Origin: Candidatus Omnitrophota bacterium
GTDB taxonomy: Bacteria > Omnitrophota > Gorgyraeia > JABMQH01
Direction: 5' to 3'
Assembly: GCA_013203355.1 (NCBI GenBank)
Contig: JABMQH010000181.1
Span: 1-51,209, forward strand
DNA: 51,209 nt
Made by a program: the position numbers and the translations under genes. Positions within the stretch are counted from its first letter, which is position 1. Every line of letters begins with the position of its first letter. Positions 38,598 through 47,882 of this stretch are shown here, one piece after another. Below the pieces are notes generated by a model. That model saw only the letters and a program-made list of their open reading frames with translations. It did not search any database and was not told the DNA's origin.

Positions 38598-39106
38598 TTT
38601 TCGCGATAAACCCCCTTATACCCGTGGCCCGTTTCATTTATCCTTTGGAAGATCAGCTGAGCTACCCTTGCATTCTGCTTGAGCCTTACCCCTTTAGGAT
38701 TTTCAACAATCAAAATAAATTCGCCCTTCCCCTTAAACCCCGCATCCCATACGCCATGCTGAGTAAAGGCGCCTATTCTTAGCAAGGACGTCCGGGAAAA
38801 AGCAAGGGCGATCAAATCGTTGGGCAAGTTAACGACTTCATTCGTCCTTATTTTGTATGCGCCTTTTTTAAGCTCCCACCAGCCATGCTTGTCTTGAGGG
38901 TTCTGTTTCTGCGGGTCAATCTGCTTACCTGCGGGGACCTTTCTCTCTTTGTTTGAAAAGTCCAAGGCACCCTGTGTATCAAATTCAAAAACACTGCATA
39001 CGGTTAGGTCAAAACCGTTAGGGGTAAGCTGGGTATCCAGGTTTATGTGGTTATCGATGAGGCCCTTTTCCTTTATTAGTCTTTCAATCTCTTCTCGGTT
39101 AAGCAT
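38594..39106 (-). CDS. dCTP deaminase / dUTPase-family protein
   Basis: SRTSLLRIGAF, WDAGFKGKGEFILIV and VAQLIF resemble the DCD/DUT trimeric family motifs. The ATG at 39106 has SD GAGGAG upstream and overlaps the macro-domain gene by 8 nt. Confidence 0.7.
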   Translation of the reverse strand: MLNREEIERLIKEKGLIDNHINLDTQLTPNGFDLTVCSVFEFDTQGALDFSNKERKVPAGKQIDPQKQNPQDKHGWWELKKGAYKIRTNEVVNLPNDLIALAFSRTSLLRIGAFTQHGVWDAGFKGKGEFILIVENPKGVRLKQNARVAQLIFQRINETGHGYKGVYREK

Positions 39107-39626
39107 TATTAAAACACTCCTCATAAAATTTTTTATACCTCGCGAAATCGGATTCGGAAAACAAAACAAAAAATACCTTATCAAAAGTATCGGGATTCTT
39201 TTCCAAAAATTCCTTTACGGCCTTTAGGGCGATAGGCCCTGCCTTTTCTATAGGGAATCTGTAAATGCCTGTAGAAATAGATGGGAAAGCTATTGTTTTC
39301 AAATTATATTTTTTTGCCAATTCCAGGGATCTTACATAACAAGACTTCAAGAGTTCTTCTTCTTTGGGGCTGCCCTCACTCCAAACAGGACCAACAGTAT
39401 GAATGACGTGCTTGGCTAACAGATTAAAGCCATTGGTAATTTTGGCCTGGCCGGTTTCGCAGCCTCCTAATCTTTTGCATTCCTTAAGCAGTTGCGGGCC
39501 GGCGCCCATATGAATAGCTCCGTCCACCCCGCCCCCACCCAATAAACTCCTGTTTGCGGCATTAACAATGGCGTCAGATTCAATCTTTGTGATATCACCT
39601 CTTATCAGTTCAATTTTTGTTTTCAT
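39099..39626 (-). CDS. Macro domain protein (O-acetyl-ADP-ribose deacetylase, YmdB-like)
   Basis: IELIRGDITKIESDAIVNAANRSLLGGGGVDGAIH and AFPSISTGIYRFP. ATG at 39626 with SD GGAGG. Confidence 0.9.
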   Translation of the reverse strand: MKTKIELIRGDITKIESDAIVNAANRSLLGGGGVDGAIHMGAGPQLLKECKRLGGCETGQAKITNGFNLLAKHVIHTVGPVWSEGSPKEEELLKSCYVRSLELAKKYNLKTIAFPSISTGIYRFPIEKAGPIALKAVKEFLEKNPDTFDKVFFVLFSESDFARYKKFYEECFNNA

Positions 39627-39759
39627 CCCGTTAGACCTCCAAATCTGTCTATACCCACCCCGCAAAACCATAATTCGTTTAATGAATTACGCATATCCGT
39701 ATTAAACTTTTTTGAGAGATTAAAACTTATGTACTGTATCTGAAGAGGTTTAACGGGAC

Positions 39760-40479
39760 TCATACAAGATAATCCTTTTTTATGCGTGAAAGCGACCTGA
39801 ATATGTTTGTTTTAACATTCGGGCAGATCTTTTGTAAATCGTCAATTACATGCCCCATCTTTGCCCTATTGGATGTATCGGAATTCGGGCATTTGCATCT
39901 TGGGTGCGAAAAATTTATCTGGCGGCTAAACTGGATAATTTCCTTTTCTTCAACATATGCGAACGGACGGATGATCGTTATCTTGCCCTTGAACAGCTGC
40001 TGCTTTGGCGACATTGCGCTTATCTCTCCGTTAAAAAACAGGTTAAGCAAAATTGTCTCAACGATATCATCCTTGTGGTGCCCTAATGCTATCTTATTAC
40101 AGCCGAATTTATCCGCTGTTTCAAATAGCGCCTTTCTGCGGTTCCACGAACACCAAAAACAAGTTATGCTGGAACGATCTTTTCCCTTTAAGATATCTAT
40201 CTTTTTTATGCGGTATTTGTATCCTTCTTTCTTGAAGTAATTCGCCAGGATCTTCGGATGAACGCAACGATACCCCATATCAACATGGACCGCTAACAGC
40301 TCATACTTTACCGGGACAAACGACCTGCGGTCCTGAAGAACCTTCAATAACGCAAGGCTATCCTTCCCTCCCGACACCGCAACCAAGATCTTATCCCCAT
40401 CCTGAATCATGTCATAGTCGGTAAGCGCCTTCCCGACCTTCTTGGATAAAAAATAACTTGTCCTGTCAGTTTTAGCCAC
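39760..40479 (-). CDS. ttcA: tRNA 2-thiocytidine biosynthesis protein TtcA (PP-loop ATPase)
   Basis: Aligns along its length with E. coli TtcA: ILVAVSGGKDS, CFWCS..RR, IALGHHKDDIVETILLNLFF, IRPFAY, CKCP. Confidence 0.85.
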   Translation of the reverse strand: MAKTDRTSYFLSKKVGKALTDYDMIQDGDKILVAVSGGKDSLALLKVLQDRRSFVPVKYELLAVHVDMGYRCVHPKILANYFKKEGYKYRIKKIDILKGKDRSSITCFWCSWNRRKALFETADKFGCNKIALGHHKDDIVETILLNLFFNGEISAMSPKQQLFKGKITIIRPFAYVEEKEIIQFSRQINFSHPRCKCPNSDTSNRAKMGHVIDDLQKICPNVKTNIFRSLSRIKKDYLV

Positions 40480-40485
40480 CTTGGT

Positions 40486-41145
40486 TCACCTCAAGCCTAT
40501 ATCTGCTACTATGAGCTCTCCTATATATTCCTTTGCCTTTGAATTTTTGAAGCCAACCTTCGGAAAACCCATAGTGACAGTCTTGGTTGCTTTTATGGCT
40601 GCTCCTTTGGACTCCCCCGTATTCGCATCCAGCCCGCTTGGTATATCTACAGCAATTGTCGGCAACCCAGCTGAATTGACCTCCTTTATTAACTTTATAT
40701 AAAACTCCTTAAGCTCTCCTTTCATGCCTATCCCAAAAATAGCGTCAATAACAAGCCCCACTTTCCCGAATGATTTCAAAACAGTTTCTCCGATTTCTTC
40801 TGTTTTAGATATTGTTTTGGGGCAGTGGCCTAATTTTATAAGCGCCTCGTAATTTGCATTGGTCTCCGGGCTAAATGGTCTTGGGTCGCCAACAAGAAAA
40901 ACATCCACTTCATAACCTTTATTCATAAGGTGTCTTGCTGTCACTAACCCATCGCCACCGTTGTTCCCATAGCCCGCAAGGATCATAACCTTTTTCCCTT
41001 GGACTGTCTCTCTTACTACATCCGTAATGGCCCTGCCGGCATTTTCCATAAGAACAGCTGCCGGAATACCATGCTGGTTTATGGTCTTGGTATCGATTTC
41101 CTTCATCTCTTTAGCGGTAACATATCTCATTTCAGTATGCGGCAA
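40486..41145 (-). CDS. nnrE: NAD(P)H-hydrate epimerase (YjeF N-terminal domain only)
   Basis: LMENAGRA, ILAGYGNNGGDGLVTARHL, VDIPSGLDANTG. Confidence 0.85.
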   Translation of the reverse strand: MPHTEMRYVTAKEMKEIDTKTINQHGIPAAVLMENAGRAITDVVRETVQGKKVMILAGYGNNGGDGLVTARHLMNKGYEVDVFLVGDPRPFSPETNANYEALIKLGHCPKTISKTEEIGETVLKSFGKVGLVIDAIFGIGMKGELKEFYIKLIKEVNSAGLPTIAVDIPSGLDANTGESKGAAIKATKTVTMGFPKVGFKNSKAKEYIGELIVADIGLR

Positions 41146-41519
41146 AATTCCCGAATGGTCTTTATGCGGGCGCCATGGACTCGGGTGTTGTTATATAAAA
41201 AATTGTCGTCGGATATAACGGTAATAACATTCGGCTTGTCGGAATTTTTAATAAGTTCCAGTATCTTATTATCTGCGCTTTTTTTGCTGTGAGTGTAAAT
41301 CGCCGTTATAGCCGGGCCGACCGGGACCTCCTCATCAAACATCTCCGCCTTCCCGTCAAATACTACATAAATATGTTCTACGTCTTTTCTGGAATCCTTA
41401 AATTCCGAAAGCAACCGAATGAGCCCTATCCTTGCCGCCTCCAGGCTCTCATCCAATAAATCCTCTATCTGGGGGATCTTATGTATAACATTATAGCCAT
41501 CAATAATCAACGTCCGCAT
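41127..41519 (-). CDS. YacP/Rae1-like NYN (PIN-like) domain protein
   Basis: LIIDGYNVIHKIP and VVFDG..., a typical NYN_YacP N-terminus. Confidence 0.7.
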   Translation of the reverse strand: MRTLIIDGYNVIHKIPQIEDLLDESLEAARIGLIRLLSEFKDSRKDVEHIYVVFDGKAEMFDEEVPVGPAITAIYTHSKKSADNKILELIKNSDKPNVITVISDDNFLYNNTRVHGARIKTIREFCRILK

Positions 41520-41738
41520 TTATCTTATTTCAAAAATTTTCTGCCTTGAAGTTTTGCCCTTTAATAAAGATACCCTGGACCTTGAAACGCCGAAGTGCTC
41601 GGATAAGATCTTTATCAATGCCTCATTGGCTTTACCTTCTACGGGTTTTTCTTTAACCCAAACCAAAAAATTATTTTCCTCCAGTTTTTCGATACGCTCT
41701 TGCTTGGCGCTTGGTTTCAATTTGACGGATATTTTCAT
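41520..41738 (-). CDS. DUF167 (YggU) family protein
   Basis: ISVKLKPSAK...EGKANEALIKILSEHFGVSRSRVSLLKGKTSRQK aligns with YggU. The ATG at 41738 is preferred. The ORF track extends to a GTG at 41777. Confidence 0.8.
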   Translation of the reverse strand: MKISVKLKPSAKQERIEKLEENNFLVWVKEKPVEGKANEALIKILSEHFGVSRSRVSLLKGKTSRQKIFEIR

Positions 41739-41819
41739 AAATTTTGTGACTATGGGGACAGGTCCCACTGTGGTCACGCTTTGCGGTTTGGAATCTGTCC
41801 CGACTTTGAGCTTTGGCCG

Positions 41820-42236
41820 CTACTCTCCTATTATCTTGACCAATACTCTTTTTTTGCGTTGTCCGTCGAATTCGCCGTAAAATATTTGTTCCCAAGGCCC
41901 AAAATCTAATTTCCCGTTGGTAATCGCTACCACTACTTCACGGCCCATAACCGTCCTCTTCAAGTGGGCGTCTGCGTTATCCTCTCCGGTCAGATTATGC
42001 TGATATTTATCTATTCCGTAAGGTGCCAATTTTTCAAGCCATTGGCTAAAATCCTTATGCAGGCCGCGCTCGTTATCATTTATAAAAACGCTGGCGGTAA
42101 TATGCATGGTATTAACCAAACACAGGCCTTCCTTTACCCCGCTTTTCTTAACGGCCTCCTCCACCTGTGAGGTGATATTTACAAATTCCTGACGAACTTT
42201 TGTATTAAGCCATAGATATTGTGTATGGGATTTCAT
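41820..42236 (-). CDS. yjbQ: YjbQ/UPF0047 family protein (secondary thiamine-phosphate synthase-like)
   Basis: 138 aa. [20 protein letters not shown], and GEFDG.R motifs. Confidence 0.85.
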   Translation of the reverse strand: MKSHTQYLWLNTKVRQEFVNITSQVEEAVKKSGVKEGLCLVNTMHITASVFINDNERGLHKDFSQWLEKLAPYGIDKYQHNLTGEDNADAHLKRTVMGREVVVAITNGKLDFGPWEQIFYGEFDGQRKKRVLVKIIGE

Positions 42237-42251
42237 TTTGCTCAGCCTTTC

Positions 42252-42629
42252 TCAAGAAAGTTTGTTTTTTACATCCTCCGGGATTGCCTTTGGCTTGATG
42301 TCCTTGTTTACAAAAACCAAAATCGTCTTGGCAGTTGAAATAAGTTTCCCGTCCTGATTTTTTATCTCATACTCAAATTCAATCTTAAGGCGCGAAATCT
42401 CATTAACCCAGGTCTTAATCTCAAGCACATCCTCATAAAAGGCCGGCGCTTTATAATCTATTTCCTGACGCGCTACTACAAATAAAATGCCCCGTTGCTT
42501 TAGGTCTTTTACGAAAACACTCTTTTGCTCAAAAAATTCCGTTCGTGCCTCTTCCAAAAATTTTAAATACTCAGCGTAATAGACTACCCCTCCGCAATCG
42601 GTATGGTGATAATAAATTCTTACTTTCAT
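42252..42629 (-). CDS. YbgC/4HBT-family acyl-CoA thioesterase
   Basis: YYHHTDCGGVVYYAEYLKFLEEARTEFF, a hotdog-fold N-terminal motif. Confidence 0.8.
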   Translation of the reverse strand: MKVRIYYHHTDCGGVVYYAEYLKFLEEARTEFFEQKSVFVKDLKQRGILFVVARQEIDYKAPAFYEDVLEIKTWVNEISRLKIEFEYEIKNQDGKLISTAKTILVFVNKDIKPKAIPEDVKNKLS

Positions 42630-43774
42630 TTTTCCAGCCTTTCTAATATTTTTCTCTTCTCCGAAAAAGGTAATTTCATTTTGCGAACAACGCGTGAAAA
42701 AAAGTTAATGCTTGTATCATAAGTTTTCCGGTCAACCGGATAAGGCGTACCGTCTTTCCCGCCATGGGCAAAGGAATAACGCGCTGGGTCTTCATACGAC
42801 GGCCTGGCCCCATAAACAACCTCTGAAACCAGACTCAATGCCCTCATGGTTTTTGGGCCTACTCCACTCAAAGACAAAAGTTCTTCATAGGTATCCGGCT
42901 TTCTGTCACAGACTTTAAGCAGGACCTTTTCCAGATAACGGCTTTTGGAAAAATCCTCCAATAAAACCGGATGCCAGAAAAATTCTTTGCCTTCTAAATT
43001 AAGTAATGTCAGTTCTTTTTCTCCGGCCTTTAGGGCGACCATCTTTGATAAATCAGAAGAGTGCCTCCGTAAAACCTTTATGTCCGACATCAGATTACGG
43101 TAATTGCCTTGCACCAACCCTGTGCTGACCTTGCGCGTGCCTTCGCTTTCCCTTGCCGTCAAATTCAGTGTCGGAGTTCTGGTCTGGCTGATGATCCCTG
43201 AATGCGGCTCACAAACCAAATCCGTAACCTTTTCGGAATGCCAATGATAGCGCCGGGCGGTTTGATTTGAGGTATTCATCCCTTGCTGTACTACGGCCCA
43301 CGCCCCATTTTTTGAAAAGAAAAAGCTGTGATGATAAATCTGAAAACCGTCTTGTATCAAGCCGCTGTCCACCTTAGCCGCCATTTTTGAATTATATACC
43401 AGATTGTCAACATTCGAGGTAGGCAGGCTCAATTGCCCGCCCCAGTCTTTGATTTCATCCGGGGTCTTCCGGGAAGTCTTCCCTTTGCCTCCGCAGATAA
43501 ATATCCCCAACCTCTTTTCCTGGCCCCGAATCGCTCCTTTCAAGGCAGCGGTTAAAATAGTCGTAAGCCCCGAGGCATTCCAGTCAAAGGCCAAAACCGT
43601 CCCCAATGACTGAAACCAAACCGGATCCGCTATCCTTTTTACAAATTCATCCGGCCCATATTCATCTGCCACTATCCAGATCATTTCTCTGCCCAGCCTT
43701 ACCATCCGGTCGTAAAGCCACTTAGGGCATTGCCCATGATCTAAGGTGAATGTGGCAACTCCTCTTTTGATCAT
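42626..43774 (-). CDS. DUF763 family protein with C-terminal helix-hairpin-helix motif
   Basis: The N-terminal LDHGQCPKWLYDRMVRLGREM....EYGPDEF..RI.DP.WFQ......FDWN.SG.TT pattern matches DUF763 as I recall it. HhH-like LLSLSGVGPKTMRALSLVSEVVYG. Confidence 0.6.
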   Translation of the reverse strand: MIKRGVATFTLDHGQCPKWLYDRMVRLGREMIWIVADEYGPDEFVKRIADPVWFQSLGTVLAFDWNASGLTTILTAALKGAIRGQEKRLGIFICGGKGKTSRKTPDEIKDWGGQLSLPTSNVDNLVYNSKMAAKVDSGLIQDGFQIYHHSFFFSKNGAWAVVQQGMNTSNQTARRYHWHSEKVTDLVCEPHSGIISQTRTPTLNLTARESEGTRKVSTGLVQGNYRNLMSDIKVLRRHSSDLSKMVALKAGEKELTLLNLEGKEFFWHPVLLEDFSKSRYLEKVLLKVCDRKPDTYEELLSLSGVGPKTMRALSLVSEVVYGARPSYEDPARYSFAHGGKDGTPYPVDRKTYDTSINFFSRVVRKMKLPFSEKRKILERLEK

Positions 43775-44415
43775 ACTATCTTCAACAGATCAGAAGGCCT
43801 TGAAATGATCTTAAACGGTTTTGCCTGCTTTAATGCGGATTTAGGAGAAGAACCTCCTGTAATGGCTATCACCTTTATACCTGCCCGCTTGCCCGCCTCG
43901 ACGTCAATTGCCATATCTCCCACATAGATTGCGTCTTCCTTCCGCACTTTAAGCTTCCGCATCACATCAAGCAGTAATTTCGGGCTGGGTTTAAAATCAT
44001 TTTTATTTTTGGCGCAGCGGACTATGTCAAAACAGTCCAGTAATTTCAGGTGCCTTAATAAAATATTACTGAATTTTTTAGGGCGGTTGCTGGCAACGGC
44101 CAGTTTGCACTTCCTCTTCTTAAGGGCCTTTAGCATGCCCTTTGCCCCCCGCCTGATATGCGAGTATTTAATCAGCGAGATTTTATGGTGCGGCCGAAAA
44201 ATCCTAAGTGTTTTTCCTACTTCTCCGTCCTTTACGAATGCCTTGATAAAACCGATATTCCCAAAACCCACGGCCATGCGCACGGCGTGTGCGCTGACCT
44301 TTGGATAACCTAATTGCTTAAGCGCGAAATTAATACTTTTTGTTATCGCCTTATAGGCATCCACAAGAGTTCCGTCTAAATCAAAGATAATCAATTTTGT
44401 TTTATGCCGCATCAA
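43771..44415 (-). CDS. HAD-superfamily phosphatase (phosphoglycolate phosphatase-like)
   Basis: IIFDLDGTLVDA, ASNR, VGDMAIDVEAGKRAG. Confidence 0.8.
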   Translation of the reverse strand: MMRHKTKLIIFDLDGTLVDAYKAITKSINFALKQLGYPKVSAHAVRMAVGFGNIGFIKAFVKDGEVGKTLRIFRPHHKISLIKYSHIRRGAKGMLKALKKRKCKLAVASNRPKKFSNILLRHLKLLDCFDIVRCAKNKNDFKPSPKLLLDVMRKLKVRKEDAIYVGDMAIDVEAGKRAGIKVIAITGGSSPKSALKQAKPFKIISRPSDLLKIV

Positions 44416-44421
44416 CTCCCT

Positions 44422-45198
44422 TTACCGCCAAATAATAAAAAACCAAAACAACAAAGCCATGATAACCCTATAGATACCAAAAGAGATAAAATTGTGAGTC
44501 TTTATAAAATGAAGTAAAAATTTAACGCTTAAAAACGCCGCGACAAAAGAGGTGACAAACCCTATGCTTAAGAAAATAAACTGATCCAAGCTAAACGTGC
44601 CGGCATGTTTTACCAAATCCAATCCTGTAGCGGCCAGCATTGTCGGGACTGCCAACATAAAGGAGAACTCAACGATGGTCCTCCTTTTTAATCCTAAAAT
44701 CAGGCCGCCTAAAATTGTCGCTGCCGACCGCGAGACTCCCGGGATTATCGCTATAAACTGAAAGATCCCGATAAGGAATGATTTCTTATATGAGATATTG
44801 AAAATCTCATCGGTTGCACCTGGCTTTTCGAAATAGACCAGCTCAAACAGGATCAGGAAGATACCGCCCACGAACAAAGACCATAGGACAACCTCTGTAT
44901 TGCCCAATAAGAACTGCTTGGCGAATTTATAAAAGATCAATCCCAGCACCGCCGTCGGAATAAATGCGGCCAGGACCCGCTTTAACACCCTGAAGTCCAT
45001 AATCAGGGATCTCCAATACAGAACAACTACGGATAATATCGCCCCAAGCTGTATGGCAATCTGAAAACTTTTTATAAAATTTGTCTGGGGAACCCCTAAA
45101 AGACGGGCTGTTAAGATAAGATGTCCTGTAGATGATATGGGTAAAAACTCGGTGATGCCCTCTACAATTCCGAAAATTACCGCTTGTATAAAATTCAT
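44422..45198 (-). CDS. uppP: Undecaprenyl-diphosphate phosphatase
   Basis: GIVEGITEFLPISSTGHL and PGVSRSAATI motifs. Polytopic membrane protein. Confidence 0.95.
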   Translation of the reverse strand: MNFIQAVIFGIVEGITEFLPISSTGHLILTARLLGVPQTNFIKSFQIAIQLGAILSVVVLYWRSLIMDFRVLKRVLAAFIPTAVLGLIFYKFAKQFLLGNTEVVLWSLFVGGIFLILFELVYFEKPGATDEIFNISYKKSFLIGIFQFIAIIPGVSRSAATILGGLILGLKRRTIVEFSFMLAVPTMLAATGLDLVKHAGTFSLDQFIFLSIGFVTSFVAAFLSVKFLLHFIKTHNFISFGIYRVIMALLFWFFIIWR

Positions 45199-45890
45199 TA
45201 CCGATCTTTATCCTTCTGGGCAAGGGCCTTGCTCGCATCCTCGCGGGAATAACATATCAACACATCCTTGGCATTAATCTCGGTATCCCCCGTAGGGCCG
45301 CCGATAAATTCTTCATGCCTGCCAACCTTGCGATAAATAGCCAAAATAAGAACACCGTGTTGGTCCAACCTTAACGCACTCAATTTTTTCCCGCTCAACC
45401 AGCTATCGTGCCTTACGCTAATCCTGGATATGGTATAACCTTCGCCAAAACCCAGTAAGGCCTCATAATCAAAAATGCGCATCTTCGTCCAATTCTTCAG
45501 GGCCTTGCTGATCAGTTGTTTCATTAAACCATATATGATTTTGGACCGCGCCAGAAGAAATATCACCAGCAATCCGGCAAGAAGGATCTCTCCCCTTATG
45601 AGGATATCTTTACTCGTCTGCCCGACAAATGTTAAAACCAGGGTGGCGATAGAGGTCGTTACCCCCGCGCTCCCAAAGAGGATTAAAATTCTGATTATGC
45701 GCCTGCGCACGGGATGGGTGACAATCATCTCCGATTCCGTAGTGGTAAACCCTACGCCTGAAAATGCCGATTGGGCCTGGAAGGAGGCTATTTCCGAAGA
45801 GATACCTGTAAGCTCCAATGCTATGCCGCCAATCCTAACCACTGTTATTGCCAACAAAACGATAATCAATAAGGTAAAAAGGGCTATCAT
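45198..45890 (-). CDS. Small membrane protein with one KtrB/TrkH-like M1-P-M2 unit fused to an RCK_C (TrkA-C) domain
   Basis: TM1 (residues about 3-25). Pore-loop-like FQAQSAFSGVGFTT (compare KtrB/TrkH FEVVSAFGTVGLS). TM2 and TM3. C-terminal TrkA-C pattern SGKKLSALRL..HGVLILAIYR......P.GDTEINAKDVLICYS. Confidence 0.6.
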   Translation of the reverse strand: MIALFTLLIIVLLAITVVRIGGIALELTGISSEIASFQAQSAFSGVGFTTTESEMIVTHPVRRRIIRILILFGSAGVTTSIATLVLTFVGQTSKDILIRGEILLAGLLVIFLLARSKIIYGLMKQLISKALKNWTKMRIFDYEALLGFGEGYTISRISVRHDSWLSGKKLSALRLDQHGVLILAIYRKVGRHEEFIGGPTGDTEINAKDVLICYSREDASKALAQKDKDR

Positions 45891-46090
45891 AATATCCTTT
45901 CTTTATGATTATATGGGTATTAGTTACTAGCAAAATATCTACTAAGCGATCCTAATTGAGGAAACGTTTTTCTTAAACGATTTTAGAACACCTTTGATAA
46001 AATTGCAAGAAGATTTTGATTGGAGATTTCCGTTGCCTTTTATTGGAATTTAGATTTACAAACAATATAAAATCGTGTATATATACTAGT

Positions 46091-47812
46091 ATGAATTCAT
46101 TATTTATCTGCGCTGTCGTATCTGTCGGGTATATCATCGCCTATCATGTTTATGGAAAATATCTGGCGAAAAAGATCTTCAGGCTCAACCCCGCCGCAAT
46201 CTGCCCCAGCGAGGAACTGTGTGATAATGTAGACTTTATCCCTACTAAAAAGCGTGTATTGTTCGGACATCATTTTGCCTCCATTGCGGGCATCGGCCCT
46301 ATCGTAGGACCGGCCATTGCCGTCATCTGGGGATGGGTACCCGCGGTACTCTGGGTATTCTTCGGCTCAATATTAATGGGTGCGGTGCACGACCTCGGGG
46401 CATTGGTAGTTTCTATGCGCAAAAAAGGACGCTCCATCGGGGATGTGGCAAAAGATATTGTTGGCTCACGCGTGCGGACACTTTTTCTTTTAATTATATT
46501 TTTTGAGCTTTGGATCGTCATCGCTGTTTTTGCGTTGATTATCGCGATCCTGTTTGATATGTACCCGCAGTCGGTATTTCCCGTCTGGTTTCAGATACCC
46601 ATTGCCCTTTACACCGGATATCTGATTTACAAAAAAGGGAAGAACCCCACCCTTGCGGGAATTGCCGCGGCTGTGGTCATGTATATAACGATCATTCTAG
46701 GCACGCTCCTCCCCTTCAAGATGCCGGCTTTACTTGGAATTAGTCCCCTGGCGATTTGGATCGTGCTTTTGTTAATTTACGTTTACATTGCCTCCACCCT
46801 GCCGGTCCAGGTGTTGCTGCAACCCAGAGATTACATAAATGCACACCAGCTTTTAGTCGCAATGGTGCTTTTGGGATTAGGGGTGTTGATCTCCCGTCCC
46901 CAAATCGTCGCACCCGCTTTTGTGATGTCCCCTAAAGGCGCACCACCCATCTGGCCTTTTATTTTTATTGTGATCGCATGCGGCGCGATTTCGGGCTTTC
47001 ACTGTCTGGTATCATCAGGTACATCTTCTAAGCAATGTGACAAGGAAGATAGTTGTCTTTTTATCGGCTACGGCGGCATGCTTACGGAAGGCCTTCTTGC
47101 TACTTTAGTTATTATTGCTGTTGCAGCAGGATTAGGTATGGGTCTAACCACACAAAACGGACAAGTCTTAAAAGGTGTAGCGGCATTCAACCATCACTAT
47201 TCCAGCTGGGCAGCTGCCAGTGGCCTTCCGGCGAAATTGAAATCTTTTGTAACAGGTTCCGCAAACATGATCGAGTCAATAGGTGTCCCCGCAAAGATTA
47301 CTGTCGGGATCATGGGTGTCTTTATTGTTTCTTTTGCGGCAACAAGCCTGGATTCCGCCACACGTATCCAGCGATACGTTGTAACGGAATTGGCTAATGC
47401 CTGGAATATAAAGCCGCTCAAAAATAAACACGGGGCAACCCTTGTAGCTGTATTTACAGCTTTTGTCCTTGCCTTCTATAACGGAAGCGGCAAAGGGGCG
47501 CTTGCCTTATGGCCTTTGTTCGGAACCGTAAATCAGCTATTAGCAGGACTTGCGCTTTTAGTGGTCACGATATACTTAGCAAGGCGCAATACTAATACGC
47601 TATACACGGCGCTGCCGATGGCCTTTATGATTTTTATAACGGGATGGGCGATGATTATTAATCTGAAGGACTTTTATGCGGCAAACAATTGGCTGCTATT
47701 CAGCATCGGGGTTGCGGTATTTGCGCTGGAGATATGGATGGTCGCGGAAAGTATTCTTGTCTTGAAAAAGGTTTACCGCTTTAAACCTAAAAAGCTTTAT
47801 GCTAATCTTTGA
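46091..47812 (+). CDS. cstA: Carbon starvation protein A family transporter
   Basis: LFGHHFASIAGIGPIVGP and SGFHCLVSSGTSSKQ are CstA hallmarks. The ATG at 46091 is preferred over the TTG at 46016. Confidence 0.9.
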   Translation: MNSLFICAVVSVGYIIAYHVYGKYLAKKIFRLNPAAICPSEELCDNVDFIPTKKRVLFGHHFASIAGIGPIVGPAIAVIWGWVPAVLWVFFGSILMGAVHDLGALVVSMRKKGRSIGDVAKDIVGSRVRTLFLLIIFFELWIVIAVFALIIAILFDMYPQSVFPVWFQIPIALYTGYLIYKKGKNPTLAGIAAAVVMYITIILGTLLPFKMPALLGISPLAIWIVLLLIYVYIASTLPVQVLLQPRDYINAHQLLVAMVLLGLGVLISRPQIVAPAFVMSPKGAPPIWPFIFIVIACGAISGFHCLVSSGTSSKQCDKEDSCLFIGYGGMLTEGLLATLVIIAVAAGLGMGLTTQNGQVLKGVAAFNHHYSSWAAASGLPAKLKSFVTGSANMIESIGVPAKITVGIMGVFIVSFAATSLDSATRIQRYVVTELANAWNIKPLKNKHGATLVAVFTAFVLAFYNGSGKGALALWPLFGTVNQLLAGLALLVVTIYLARRNTNTLYTALPMAFMIFITGWAMIINLKDFYAANNWLLFSIGVAVFALEIWMVAESILVLKKVYRFKPKKLYANL

Positions 47813-47882
47813 TACCCATAATAATTTTCGACTGGACAATCTATAAAATTATGTTACAATTGTAGCCGGATAATAAAAAATT

